From Octopus vulgaris (taxonomy: Eukaryota), in contig OX597815.1 of the NCBI GenBank assembly GCA_951406725.2, positions 189,534,001-189,598,000 on the forward strand: 64,000 bases of DNA, in the 5' to 3' direction. The notes under the pieces are model-generated. The model ran no database searches. It was not told the DNA's origin and saw nothing but the letters and a program-made list of their open reading frames with translations. Positions 26,380-40,297 of the stretch are shown in pieces. The position numbers and the translations under genes are program-made. How positions within the stretch are numbered: position 1 is the first letter of the stretch; the number at the start of each line of letters is the position of its first letter.

Positions 26380-27570
26380 GCTAATGATTTTATGAGCTCA
26401 CCACCTTAATTTGCTAATAGCTTACATATATTTGGCTCTTATCAAGCAATATGCATCATTAATAATTTCCTATGCATTCTATAAGTTTAAGATCATCAGA
26501 GAGAAAGATGATAATTAAGGACAACTGCTTTGAAACCTCCAGTTTCTATATCTGGATTATAAATTGACATTTATACCAATAATAATTTGTGCACTTGAGT
26601 TTTGTGAGTAAATGCCTGAGTGACAATTGGATAAGCTAAGGTTTTTAAAAAGAAAATCAATGGACTTTCTCATTACAAATACAATTTATAAGGGGAACAG
26701 TGAAAATATGCAAGACTTTTCTCAAGTTTAAAATGTGATATTGTTTGCGCTATCTACATTCCAACAATGGAGCTTTGTATCTCTGTTAGAAACCAGCTTC
26801 TTCTTCAGAGGAAGAATTTGAATAATTAAAAAGAGAAGTTTGTGTGTATATGTATATGGCTATATTATACGTATATATTTGTGTATATATATATATATAT
26901 ATATATATAATAGAAAGAGAGAGAGGGGAGGAAGAGAGGAGAAAGAGATAAAGTGTGAGAGAGAGAGAAATATCTGTTGTTTACCGTCTCTTTTGAAAAT
27001 CTTCAAATAACTAATCATATTTTCGTATTTGTTATGATTAAAGAAAATATTGGTAAACAATATTGATGCTCTTTTCCAGGGCTCTGTGAAGTGATCGTAT
27101 TTATTTTGTCAGAAGTGATTTTGCAGAGAAAAAGTGTAAGAACTTTTATGTGTTGTTATTTTAGTGTCTGCCAATAATAGAAGATGTAGCTTTCCTAGAA
27201 ACAAATGTGATCACAATGACAATTTCTGGCCTCAAAATATTTTGGTACACCTCATACATATACATTTGCTTTATATTTGTAGTGAACTCAAAACCGAATT
27301 GCTGCAATAGCCGAGTAAAAATCATGGATTAGTCATAATCATATCACATAATCAGCCGATTAAGTGACCAATCAGCATCAAACCATCCTGCGATTCGACC
27401 TTCTAAACCCTTCTAAAACGTCCTAAGAAGGCTTTAAAAATTCCTGAATTTTTGGCACTAAACTTCAGAATGTTGGAGACTATTGCAGTGACAGCCACCT
27501 TCTGATTTTTAGTTTACTTGCAGATTCAACATGCCCAACAGTTCTTTAACTATTTCATACATATATTTCT

Positions 27571-27800
27571 TATTTCTTTATTACCCACAAGGAGCTAAAC
27601 ACAGAGGGGACAAACAAGGACAGACAAACGGATTAAGTCGATTATATCGATCCCAGTGCATAACCGGTACTTATTTAATCCACCCCGAAAGGAGGAAAGG
27701 CAAAGTCGACCTCGACGGAATTTGAATTCAGAGTGTAGCGGCAGACAAAATACCTGTAAGTGTATCACCCGGCGTGCTAACATTTCTGCCAGCTCGCCAC
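27571..27800 (-). mobile_element. SINE family A, full length
   Basis: Collinear with the copy at 58489. Confidence 0.85.
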
Positions 27801-28197
27801 TTCTATTTCTATTTCTATCGTACATATATTTGTATTTTCCCGCCAAGCAGACAAAAGTCACTGATTTACTGTCATGAATTTAGTATGATATTTCTCCACT
27901 CGGGACAAGCTATTTTGTTATAACTATAGAGTTTGTGTCTCCCAATTTATATAAGTTGTTGCTTGTATTCTTCAATCAAAGACCAGCATGTAAAATACTA
28001 TGTGCAGTAAATAAAAGATTCTGTTAAATTCTTCATGAGTCTTGGTCATCATTTATATGCAGTCAATTACCCAACACAACCGCCGGAAAAATACCGGAAC
28101 ACCTCGTGACATCTTTACCGCATCCATGTGAAAGACAAATATGACAAAGAAGGCCATAATTTAGCAGGAAAGTAATTGTATCATGTGTTTCTTGTTA

Positions 28198-28605
28198 ATA
28201 GGCGCAGGAGTGGTTGTGTGGTAAGTAGCTTGCTTACCAACCACATGGTTCCGGGTTCAGTCGCACTGAGTAGCATCTTGGGCAAGTGTCTTCTGCTATA
28301 GCCCTGGGCCGACCAATGCCTTGTAAGTGGATTTGGTAGACGGAAACTGAAAGAAGCTTGTCGTATATATGTATATATATATATATGTGTGTGTTTGTGT
28401 GTCTGTGTTTGTTCCCCTAGCATTGCTTGACAACCGATGCTGGTGTGTTTACATCCCCATAATTTAGGGGTTCGGCAAAAGAGACTGATAGAATAAGTAC
28501 TGGGCTTACAAAGAATAAGTCCCGGGGTCGATTTGCTCGACTAAAGGCAGTGCTCCAGCATGGCCGCAGTCAAATGACTGAAACAAGTAAAAGAGTAAAA
28601 GAGTA
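28198..28605 (+). mobile_element. SINE family B, full length
   Basis: Collinear with the other family B copies. Confidence 0.88.
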
Positions 28606-29866
28606 ATCTCTCTAAATTTCATCTGCAATCATTTGGTACACCTACATAGTTAACAGTTATAATTTGCTCATGTTATTAGTAATATCAATGGAATATAAGG
28701 CTGAAACAAAAGTTTGTATCGTTGTTTTAAGCATTCAATCGCACATGTCACATTTTGTTCCCCTATGTTTTGCTATCTTTGAAGGAGTTTCATAATTCTA
28801 TCCTCCCAGAATTTGGCATCTTCCTGGGTCATGAACTGGTCAAAGTGATTTTACAGTCTTCCAAAACATTGAAGTTCTTCCTATTAAGAGAATTTTGTTG
28901 GAATCGAAATAAATGATATTCAAAAGGGGAAATGTGTGTGTGTGTTCGCACGTGTATGTATGTATATATATATATATGTGTGCGTGTAAGTATGTGTGTG
29001 TATATATATATATATATATATACATGTGTGCATTTTGTGCATGTGTGTAAGTATGTCTGTGATTGTGTGTTAAAAGATGAAGTTTATTCAACAATTATTC
29101 TGACTTTTAGGTTGCCATATATTCAGGCAAATGTCGGAGAGAAATCGCGTGACAATTTATTAGAAACAAGCATTCATAGTATTGAAATACGATCAGCAAA
29201 TGAAATTTGATTGGCTACTAAAAGGACAAAAGCAGAACTATAAAAATGCATCACACATCTGTTACTATGTTATTCGCAGAACACATAATCTATTCCTCCA
29301 TTTGCATAAAAATCACATGACATCTTCATTTTTTTTAGGTATAATTTTTCTTTTTTTTTTTGGTATAAAATGCACAAAAGTATGAAGGGACTAGTGTCTA
29401 TATATTCTGTGATCTTTGTCCCCAGAAGAGATGAGGTATAATATACTATTACAGTCCCTTACAATTATGAACAAAGATTGCAATTGTTGAAGCCTTTTAA
29501 ACATTGCTAACAACACTTATTGAAGAATCACCCAACAGCAACTGTAAAAATAGTTTATGTTCCACATAAGGGATTTACCATATGTTGCTACATTCTGAGA
29601 AGTGAACTACCTATAGAAAAAATGTAGTTTTTGAACACTTAGATGGTTTGGACAAATATGTCACATACTGTGTTGCTAACATTTGAATGGATTGTTATAA
29701 TTTCTCATAGGTTTAATAATCAATCAAATAAATACCAATGACTAATAATTTGATGTAAAAGAATATTTTTTCTTCTATAGTGTCATGCTGCTTCTTTTCA
29801 TCAATCATTTGAGTAAACAGCAACCTGAAAAATCAAAGAAATTATTTTAAATGCATTAGACACTGC

Positions 29867-30016
<150 letters not shown>

Positions 30017-30019
30017 TTT

Positions 30020-30544
30020 TTTAAAATATTCAGACAAATACATAACAAAAACACCAGGACTTACGAACACATATAACATACAGAAAACTGCACTACTAGG
30101 CATTGCACACATCCTACGCAGAACACTTTCCATACAATAACCAACAGAGCATCACAACAAATCACAGCACATACCCAAGGCACACAGAGCTGCGCTCGGT
30201 AGTGAAGTGAAAGCACGCTATAAAAATAAAACTACTGAATAATAATAATAATAATAATAATAAACTCAGATACCAGGAAACGCAAAAATGCCTGAAATTT
30301 AAAAGATAGTGCTTATGGGAACTGCTCATATCCTACGCAAAATGCTTTCTATGTAATCTCAAGTTTTAAAGCAAACATAATTTTCGTATGGTTTTTTTAG
30401 ACATTCACTAGTACAACACTAAGTACAAAACCAAATATATGGCACCCAGGCATAACACCAACATGAACTTCCAACTTGTCTCTTGAGGTCTCTGGGTGAG
30501 ACTTGGAGCCAACTTGTACAAATGTAAAGCAAAAGTCAAACATA

Positions 30545-30545
<1 letters not shown>
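30020..30545 (+). pseudogene. Two R4/Dong-like LINE 3' ends (30020-30238, and a different subfamily at 30263-30545)
   Basis: YSDKYITKTPGLTNTYNIQK..LLG; second piece KIVLMGTAHILRK; each bounded by (AAT)n. Confidence 0.75.
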
Positions 30546-30641
<96 letters not shown>

Positions 30642-30692
30642 CTATTACTACTACTACTACTATTATTATCATTATTATTATTATTATCATCA

Positions 30693-31522
30693 CAGTATCA
30701 CAGGATCGACCAGATTATTAGATGCTGTTTTACTCCGCTGGTCTCAATGCGCTTCCAATTCTGTCTTGATTGCACCATTCTTTTCTTTCTTGACCCAAAT
30801 TGCTTCACCTGATTGTCTTCTAATCATTGCCGAAGCTGTCCAAGTGGCCTTTTCTGATCTCTTGTATACCACTCGGCTATTGTACAGGTCCACCTTGCTG
30901 TCTGTAAGCCTTCCAACATGTGCGGTTCAGCAGAACTTGTGCTATTGGCATTCTGCGATCACATCATTCCTTCCACTCAGTTCCTGAATTATCTGATTTG
31001 GGAAATGCTCTTGTAATGATGTTCCCAGCATGGATCATTCCATGGCCCTTTGCATCATAGCTAATCAATGATCTTTCCTCTTCCTAGTAGCCCACGTCTC
31101 CCTTGCATATAAGAATGAGGTTGCTGTTGCTGTTAAGGAACAAGACAGGTAAAGGTGATTAGGTGATGGTCTAGGGCTTAGGGACGGGAGACCCCAGACC
31201 TTGCAAAAACAAAAAATTTGGTCATCTTGTTATAGTTGAGGGCTCTCTGTTGACGCCCGATGCCACTGGGAGGTGGCCCTCGAAGTCGCTGGAAATGGAG
31301 ATCTCCAGGTCCAAATTCTAGAACGGCTAAGAACAAGGTAGGATGGTGCTATTGAAGAATCTGGCACATATGGTATTGTCTGACTTTGTTTTGTGCACAT
31401 CATATCTTGAGTTAAATGCCTTCCATTCTGCCCTTTCTCTTCGAGATTTCAGCATCCATACTGTGGTGCATATTCACTGTGTGCCCTAAATAGGTGTACT
31501 CTTTTACTTCATCAGAGATAAT
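30693..31522 (-). pseudogene. Degraded RTE-clade LINE RT/C-terminal region
   Basis: Minus strand DEVKEYTYLGHTVN...EISKR near 31430-31510 and AHVGRLTD...KRPLG near 30840-30930; unrelated sequence at about 31130-31360. Confidence 0.6.
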
Positions 31523-31559
31523 CTGAGGAAAATAAAGAATTATATTATCATCACCATCA

Positions 31560-31845
31560 TCGTGGGCTGGTTACACCACTGGCATAGGCCACGAGGTTAT
31601 GGCCTCACTTGGCTTGCTGAGTCTTCTCAAGCACAGCATATTTCCAAAGTCCCAGTCACTAGTCATTGCCTTGGTGAGGCCCAATGTTCGAAGGTCATGC
31701 TTCACCATCTCATCTCAGGTCTTCCTGAGTCTATCTCTTCCACAGGTTTCCTCAACTGCTAGGGTGTGGCACTTTCACACCACATGGCCATACCAGCATA
31801 GTCATCTCTCTTGCACAGTACATCTGATGCTTCTTAGGTCCAAAT
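31560..31845 (-). pseudogene. RTE LINE ORF 3' end
   Basis: QER*LCWYGHVV...CGRDRLRKT*DEMVKHDLRTLGLT, matching the RTE C-terminal W.GHV...RGRP.KTW pattern. Confidence 0.7.
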
Positions 31846-31848
31846 GAT

Positions 31849-32050
31849 TTTCAGTTTCAGCAGAAGGCCAGCAATCTTGAGATGAGAGTGGGCATAAGTC
31901 AATACCATTAATCCCAGTACTTGACTGGTACTCTATTTTCTTCATCTAGAATGGAAGAAAGGCAAAGTTGACCTCAGCAAGATTTTGACTCAGAGAGCAA
32001 AGAGCTTGAAGAAATAACACAAGACAATTTTTCCCAATGCTCAAATGATT
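31849..32050 (-). mobile_element. SINE family A, diverged
   Basis: cccagtac...ctggtact...gaaaggcaaagttgacctc...actcaga. Confidence 0.55.
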
Positions 32051-32094
32051 GATGTCAGTCCTTTACATTTATACATAACGAAATACTGAGTTTG

Positions 32095-32423
32095 TGCAGG
32101 AATTCTGTGAAGTTAAGAATTTTGCTTCCCAACCATGTGATCTTAGATTCAATCCCCCTGCATGGCACCTTGGGCAAATGTTTTTTACTATGGTCCGAAG
32201 CCAACCAAAGTATTGTGAGTGGATTTTGTGAAAGAAAAGCAAAAATGCCTCTTGTATGTATTTATAAATACATAGGCATAGGAGTGGCTGTGTGCTAAGT
32301 AGCTTGCTTACCAACCACATGGTTCCGGGTTTGGTCCCACTGCGTGGCACCTTCAACTTTAGCCTCAGGCCGACCAAAGCCTTGTGAGTGGATTTGGTAG
32401 ACAGAAATGGAAAGAAGCCCGTC

Positions 32424-32474
<51 letters not shown>

Positions 32475-32966
32475 TATATGTAAGTATATATATATATATA
32501 TGTTTATATATGTGTGTGTGTGTGTTTGTGCCTATGTTCGTGTGTCTATGTTTGTTCCCCCAACATCGCTTGACAACTGATGCTGGTGTGTTTACATCCC
32601 CGTAACTTAGTGGTTCGGCAAAAGAGACTGATAGAATAAGTACTAGGCTTCCAATGAATAAGTCCTAGGATCGATTTGCTCGACTAAAAAGGCAGTGCTC
32701 CAGCATGGCCTCAGTCAAATGACTGAAACAAGTAAAAGAGTAAAAGAGTATATGTTGAGTATGTCTTTGTGTTTGTGTTATGATTGTTCTTCACCCCTGT
32801 TTGACAACCAACGTTGGGTTGTTTACATCTCCTTAACATAGCAGTTTGGCAAAAGAAACTGGTGGGATAAAAAACAAGTACCAGGGTTAATTTGTTCAAC
32901 TAAATCCTTCGTGGTTGAGCCTCAGCATGACTGCAGTGCAAAAACTGAAACAAGTAAAGAATAAAA
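32095..32966 (+). mobile_element. Old SINE family B copy with a younger family B copy (32272-32750) nested in its middle
   Basis: Diverged 5' half 32095-32260, near-consensus full copy, then diverged 3' half 32760-32966. Confidence 0.75.
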
Positions 32967-33749
32967 TACACAAAATTATAGAAATGTTGGGTAGTTTAAG
33001 TAATGGCAAGAATCTTCTATATGGAGTGGAGAAGCCGTATATGTTTTTAAAAGGGTGTTATTGGAAAACACATTAACATTAAAAAGAGTCCATATCGGAA
33101 ACTACATGAAAAAAAATTAATATTAATGCACATAATTATAATGTTATTAAAATTATTCTTTAGAGATGGCTTTGCTATATTACACGAGAACAAAGGTCAA
33201 AAGAATAAGTGTTTACGTTTTGTAGTTGTAACAATTGATAGAAACGTGTAAATTGCCAGCAAATTTTAAATGCCTATATTTAAAATACTTAATATTGAGG
33301 TGACATTCAATTCGAGATAAAAGAAAACTGTTTAGATTTGGGTTAATTTGAATCGAGCAAATTAGACATATATCTCGATCAATCTTTTTTTTTTTATGTT
33401 TTTGTTATAATGAAGTTTTGCTTAATGCTATTGTTTATATGGGTGTGTTGTTAAATGGTCAAAGGTCAGTTCTGCAATAATTATTTAAATTATTAGGAAA
33501 GGACATAATAAGAAAAGTCGATATTGTATGAAATAACTAATTATACGACCTGAGAGGGAATATTATATATATATGAGAAAAAGCAATATTTTTTTATTAA
33601 ATGTTGAATGACCTAATGGGTAGGGGTTTAATGAAATAGCAAAGGGAAATATGGAAGACCACACTGAGCATAGCAATTATGACTTTGGTAGTATATAAAT
33701 TAGAATAAAAAAAAGAATAATAAAATTAGTGGAGTTTTTTTGTCTTGCA

Positions 33750-33928
33750 AGGTACTTGGTGACCCTGTTGGTGCTGGTGCCAAATAAAAGGCACCGATGC
33801 TGGTGCTACATTAAAAGTACTGGTGATGGTGCCACACAAAAATTACTAGATCTGGTTCCACATAAAAGGCACTGGTGTTGGGTCACATAAAAAGCACTAG
33901 TGTTGGCGTCACATAAAAAGCACCCAGA
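33750..33928 (+). repeat. Degenerate family C-type minisatellite (ggtgccacataaaaagcac units)
   Basis: About six short related units. Confidence 0.55.
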
Positions 33929-33975
33929 AATGAAGAGATCCAATGCTGCCTCCTATGATGGAAACTGGACATTAA

Positions 33976-34055
33976 CCCTTTCATAACCGTATTTATTTTG
34001 AGATGCTCTGTGTTGCTTTCAATTATTTTAAATATAACAAAGAATTTAGTAAAAC
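33976..34055 (+). mobile_element. piggyBac-type MITE left end
   Basis: ttaa|ccctttc start; partner end not seen. Confidence 0.35.
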
Positions 34056-34057
34056 TT

Positions 34058-34342
34058 AGGTGTAGGAGTGGCTGTGTGGTAAGTAGTTTGCTTACGAACC
34101 ACATGGTTCCGGCTTCAGTCCCACTGCATGGCACCTTGGGCAAGTGTCTTCTGCTATAGCTTCGGGCTGACTAAAGCCTTGTGAGTGGATTTGGTAGACA
34201 GAAACTGAAAGAAGCCCGTCGTATATATGTATATATATATATATATGTGTGTGTTTGTGTGTCTTTGTTTGTCCCCCCCAACATCGCTTGACAACCGATA
34301 CTGGTGTGTTTACGTACCCGTAACTTAGCGGTTCGGCAAAAC
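34058..34342 (+). mobile_element. SINE family B, 3'-truncated
   Basis: Head through ttcggcaaaa. Confidence 0.85.
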
Positions 34343-34627
34343 ATAGGCATCAGACAATTCAATGACATCACTCATAGATTAATAAAGGGTTTTCTTTATT
34401 AGTCTTTGTTAGTCTATATTGGTCTCTTGAGATTTTATCCACAACAAAAAAAATCTTCCCACGTCCAAGTGTACACAAAAGTGCTAAATTCGATTGTAAA
34501 CACACACACAAAAAACACACACACACACACACACACATGTTTGTGGTCTAATTTTGAAAATAAATTTTACCAATAATTTAATCAGTTGAACTAACTAAAA
34601 TTGCAAAATATAATACTTGCAGTTTGT

Positions 34628-34655
34628 TCTATCTATCTATCTGTCTATCTATCTA

Positions 34656-34690
<35 letters not shown>

Positions 34691-34725
34691 GTCTGTCTGT
34701 CTGTCTGCCTGCCTGTCTGTCTGTA

Positions 34726-34779
<54 letters not shown>

Positions 34780-35007
34780 ACTGTCTGTCTGTCTATTTGT
34801 CTGTCTGTCTATCAGTCCAGTTATTATTTATCTATTTCTCCAGCAATCTATCCATCCATTTATTTATTTATCATCCATTCATCCATCCATCTATCCACCC
34901 ATTTATATATTTATCTATCTATATACCTATCTATTTGCCTGTCTGTCTATCCATCCATTTATTATCTATCTATAGCAATCTATCCATCCATCCATCCAGC
35001 TATACAT

Positions 35008-35101
<94 letters not shown>
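34628..35101. repeat. (TCTA/TCTG/TCCA)n tetranucleotide array
   Basis: Directly visible. Confidence 0.95.
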
Positions 35102-35872
35102 GTGTGTTTGTATGTGTGTATACATATGTAAATATATAATACATATATAAATATATATGTGTACATACACTTATAAATATATAAATTTATATTTGCATAT
35201 CTTTACACACATATGTCTGTGTATACACATATGTGTGTATATATATATATACACATGTAAAATATACAAATATGCACATACATTTACACACTCACATGCA
35301 CACACACACACACATATATATGTATATATATATATGTCAGTAATTCATGAAATGATTCCTAAACTGGTAAATCTGTTGCTGTAGATGTCTATTTGAATAA
35401 TGAAATGGCAGAGATGACTGTGTAATGTGAGTTACTCATGGTTTTATATTTATGTAATCAGATGTTTAAATCTCTCATTATGTGATCAGATATAACGAAA
35501 ATGCTTTTGAAATATAGACGTACAAATACACTTCACATATACAATCACATGCATACACACATGCATGTGTATTTGTGTGATTTGTATAAAGATATATGTA
35601 CATATGTAAAAGCAAGCATTGATATATATATATATATATATGCTTATGTATATATATATATGTGTGTGTATGTGTGTGTATAATATGTGTATGTGTGTGT
35701 GTATAATATTGCAATTAGAATTTTACATTGCTTCCTGAAGAGATTTCAATGACAGACAGATTTTACGGTGACATGATGAGAAACTAAATATGAATTTTCC
35801 ATTCTGATGACTTCAAAAGATAATTTATGCCTGATATATTAGAATGAATATAATTAGATTTATATTCTTCTA

Positions 35873-35874
<2 letters not shown>

Positions 35875-35915
<41 letters not shown>

Positions 35916-35986
35916 CATAAATTTATATGTATGTATGTATATATATATATATATATATATTTATACATACATACATGCCATATTTA

Positions 35987-36036
<50 letters not shown>

Positions 36037-36045
36037 TACATATAC

Positions 36046-36077
<32 letters not shown>

Positions 36078-36157
36078 TTATATATATGTATATATATATA
36101 TGCATATATATATATACAAATATATACATATATATATACACATATATATATATATAT

Positions 36158-36222
<65 letters not shown>
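35875..36222. repeat. (TA)n-rich microsatellite
   Basis: Directly visible. Confidence 0.95.
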
Positions 36223-36223
<1 letters not shown>

Positions 36224-36245
36224 GATGATGATGATATATGCATGT

Positions 36246-36354
36246 ATGAGGGGATGCTGTAAAATTCCTGGCTTTGGGTAAAAGAAAATGCAGGCCAATC
36301 AGTTAATAATGATTTTGTTCAACATATTCCACTCTCAGATTCACACACTCATTG
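36246..36354. mobile_element. Mariner-derived MITE, one end
   Basis: Collinear with 52653-52765. Confidence 0.65.
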
Positions 36355-36979
36355 AATAAAATTTAACCACCAACCACATATACGAATAAAACCAAATGGA
36401 CCAGAATATACAATGTCAAAGGTAAATTTAAACCAGCCTTTATCACATTGAAATACCATAAAAGAATGCTTTATAAACCATGATAAAAATACTTCTGGTA
36501 TACTTAGCAATGTAGTCCTAGGAACAATAACTGCATCAATGTTCTCAAATTTCTGAAACAACAGAGTAGAAATGGTAGCTCAATAGCTATGATAATGAAA
36601 GTCTGTGTAGACTTAAATATTTCAACATGATCAAATGTGCTTTATTTTCTATTCAAGTGGATAACTGAACCAGAAGGTATTTTTAAAACTGAAACACTAC
36701 AAAGGTAATTTGCAATTATCTATGACATCATATCTTTAATAAATGCTTTGGATTAAAGGGAATTAGGTTTTTCTGAGATTTCTCTCCTAAGTCCATACAA
36801 ATTACCTTAAGTATTGTGTTGCTTTAGATGTCTTTCTAAAGATTTCTTCCATGTAGTATACTCCTACCACTGAGAAAAAGAAACTGAAAAACAGTGAGCA
36901 GAACAAATGTGTAAAAGAGGATGTCTAGCTCATGGTTTCACATCTTCTTAATGGAAAATAATATACCATGTTATATATT

Positions 36980-37197
36980 GTTGGAGCACTGCATCCTTCA
37001 AAACTTCCATGCTTCCTGAGATTCGCCAACGCTACACCTCATTTTCTCCCCTCCATACACACGCAAGTATGTATCTGACTCATACATTGTTCGCTTTCCA
37101 GACATTTGTACATTACTGCATATGCTTTATACGCACTTTTGACAAGTTGTGGTGCACCTGATTATTATTATTATTATTATAATTATTATTATTATTA

Positions 37198-37259
<62 letters not shown>

Positions 37260-37295
37260 ATTATTATTATCATTATTATTATTATTATTATTATT
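36980..37295 (+). mobile_element. Probable LINE 3' end followed by long (ATT)n
   Basis: GC-richer block ending gacaagttgtggtgcacctg, then (ATT)n at 37161-37294; clade uncertain. Confidence 0.35.
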
Positions 37296-37307
37296 TGAAA
37301 TATTATT

Positions 37308-37699
37308 CGAAATCGATCAATGGAAATCGATCAATGGAAATTGCAGATGTGTTACCAGTGCCGGTGGCATGTAAGAGAACCTTCCATTTCGCGACCGTTG
37401 CCAGCACCGCCCCATTTCGTGTCTATTGCCAGCCTCGCCTGGCCCTCGTGCCGGTGGCACATAAAAAGCACCATCCGTTCGTGGCCGTTTGCCAGCTCTG
37501 TCTGGCACCTGTGCGGGTGGCACGTAAAAAGCACCCACTACACTCTCAGAGTGGTTGGTGTTAGGAAGGGCATCCAGCCGTAGAAACACTGCCAGATTTG
37601 ACTGGGCCTGATGAAGCCTTCTGGCTTCACAGACCCCAGTAGAACCGTCCAACCCATGCTAGCATGGAAAACGGACGCTAAACGATGATGATGATGATG

Positions 37700-37700
<1 letters not shown>
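37308..37700 (+). mobile_element. RTE LINE 3' UTR fragment (family C)
   Basis: gtgccggtggcac..aaaaagcacc units, ggttggtgttaggaagggcatccagc, (GAT)n tail. Confidence 0.78.
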
Positions 37701-37743
<43 letters not shown>

Positions 37744-38359
37744 CATTCAGCACTGTTTCCATCTTTCTAGATTTTGCTTTACAGAGATTTCACAGCTTCA
37801 CAACTGATTGTTGAAGCAGTGGCTCAACCTGTCAAGCATAGTAGATGTAGTATAACTGGACTTTGAAGTTTCGTTTTCTTGTTTTTGACAAAGGCAGACA
37901 TGAGAGAAGTTACAAACTTTGTACATCTATATTTCAAATGCATTTTCGTTATATCTGATCACATAATGAGAGATTTAAACATCTGATTACAAAAATATAA
38001 AACCACGTGAAACTTACATTACACAGTCATCTCTGGCATTACAAACTTCTAGAAAATAAAGGGAGTGCTTGCGTGATATTGATGGGGAGTCATTACTCCC
38101 TTATTGCACTCAAGGATGATTTACCTCATGCATATCTTACCAAAACAGCAACAAAACTACATCTACATTTAAGGTTTATTCTTTGACGCACCAGTCTTCA
38201 TTTGAGTTAATAAATGATGTTGTTGGCTCATCTACAATTTACACTGGAATGTGTTTGATTGTGTTGATATGGATAAATAGATATCTGTATATTAATACGC
38301 ACACACATACACACACGCACGCATACACACATACACATGCACACACACAAACACACACA

Positions 38360-38510
38360 ATGGGCATCCAGTTTCTGTCTACCAAATTCACTCACAAGGC
38401 TTCGATTGTCCTGAGGCCAAAGTAGAGACACTTACACAAGATACCATGCAGTGATGAGCTGAACATGGAACTGTGTGGTTAGGAAGCAAACTTCTTACCA
38501 CACAGCCACA
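38360..38510 (-). mobile_element. SINE family B, diverged 5' half
   Basis: cagtttctgtctaccaaattcactcacaaggc...cttaccacacagccac. Confidence 0.6.
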
Positions 38511-38881
38511 CGTGCATCTGGTATTTCCTGGTATTTCCAATTACTTATCTGTCTCATGCATATTTATACAACAGGATTCAGTTCAAACTCATTGTTTGAT
38601 TTTTCAGTTTTATTATAAAAATATAAAGCTGTGCCCTCTTATTGAATCCAGATGAAAGCTTGTGTAAAACTGTTGATTTTTGACATTGAGCTAAAACAAT
38701 TTTTGCCGGTGACTATCAGGCACTTTCCATTTAAAAAAGATGAACTATTGATTATTTCTCATGTGTTAATATTTTTCTTTACTTGTAAATTTACATGCAG
38801 TGTTGTCACAATATATCCATCATTATGCTTGCTTGCCATCCATTCCATTAATTTTCTTTTTACCATTCGGCCCTCTGTGTT

Positions 38882-39245
38882 TACCTTAGATCGTAGGGCG
38901 ACCTGCTGTGCTTGAGGAGACCTATTGAGTCAAGTACATCAACTTCAAAATCGAAAATCAAATGGAAATTGTAGTAGTGATACCTGTGCCGGAGGCACGT
39001 AAAAAGCACCAACTGATCGTGGCTGTTGCCAGCCTCCACGGCACCTGTACCGGTGGCATGTAAAAAGCACCCACTACACTGATGGAGTGGTTGGCGTTAG
39101 GAAGGGCATCCAGCTGTAGAAACACTGCCAGATCAGACTGGAGCCTGGTGCAGCCTCCTGGCTTCTCAGATCCCGGTCGAACCATCCAACCCATGCTAGC
39201 ATGGAAAATGGACATTAAACGATGATGATGATGATGATGATGATG
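38882..39245 (+). mobile_element. RTE LINE 3' UTR fragment (family C), 2 units
   Basis: Reverse complement of the 1417-1850 copy. Confidence 0.8.
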
Positions 39246-39256
39246 AAACAGTGAGT

Positions 39257-39780
39257 CTATTTTCTCCTTAAAGATTGTTTACTGCTTAGCATTTTCTGCA
39301 GTTGGGCTTTGTTCATTTCTCCATAGTCTAACACTGCTCTCAGCAACACCAAATTTCTTAGAGGCCATACAGTTGTTTTTCGTTTTTGGATTTGGTTTGC
39401 AAGATTCTTTATATGAGATCGTGTGTTGAAGCATATTCTGTTGTGTCTGGGGAGAGTCATTTTCTTTTTGTGCATTATAATGTAACACACTCACCTGGAA
39501 AATTTCCACTTATTTCTAATTTTTATTTTCCAAAAAATTTTCGTTGTTCTCTTGCAACCTTTTCAATAAGACTATTGAAAAGGTTGCAAGACAACGAAAA
39601 TTTTGGGAAAATAAAAATAAGAAATAAATAGAAATTTTACTGGTGAGTGTGTGCTACATAAAAGGGCACAAAAGGAAAATGACTCTCCCCAGACACTTAC
39701 AGTTGTTCTTTTCAGAAAATCCTACGACTAAAAGCTTAAATTTTCTATTGTATGTAAGACATCGTTTTTCCTCATCCAAC
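39257..39780 (-). pseudogene. pogo-type transposase N-terminal remnant (Brinker-like DNA-binding domain) split by an insertion
   Basis: Removing 39378-39697 and one TSD restores in-frame KRCLTYNRKFKLLVVGFSEKNNCMASKKFGVAESSVRLWR. Confidence 0.7.
39378..39697. mobile_element. Fold-back element (family P2) with 10-bp TSD
   Basis: TSD tacagttgtt at 39368 and 39698; inversion centre about 39569; homologous to 15358-15711. Confidence 0.85.
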
Positions 39781-40297
39781 TTTTACAGGATTGTATGATG
39801 AAAACTTTTTTCACTAATGGCATGCATCAGTAATATAATTGTAATATTTCCAATTAAATAATCACTTTTAAACAATAGAGTACATAACCATACAGCACCA
39901 ATATGCTAACAAAATTAGCAATTGCCATTGGATATGTTCACATAGAGGGCTTCATAGCTGCAGGCAATGAAGAGCATACATGAATTGTCACATGGCTCAG
40001 AGCTACTGCCTTTAAGTTTCTTCATTTTCCACCAGTTTGTCACATTTTTGTCACATTTCTTTGTTTATTTTTCTTGCACTCAAGTTTCATGCGCCTATTC
40101 AATTTCAGTGGAGATTTTTTAAATATATTTTCAACATTATACAAGAGAAAGCATGATTCATTAAACAATCTGTAATGACATTACAAATAAAAGCCACAGA
40201 TACCTTGTTTCCTTATAGTGTTACAAATAATAGGGATACATTTACACAAAACACACACACACACACACACACATGATATATACATCCTGTGTATATA

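Noticed and set aside
34617-36298. YLSI/IYIY-type ORFs (also 40314-41054 and 54551-55671)
   Set aside because: Di- and tetranucleotide microsatellites.
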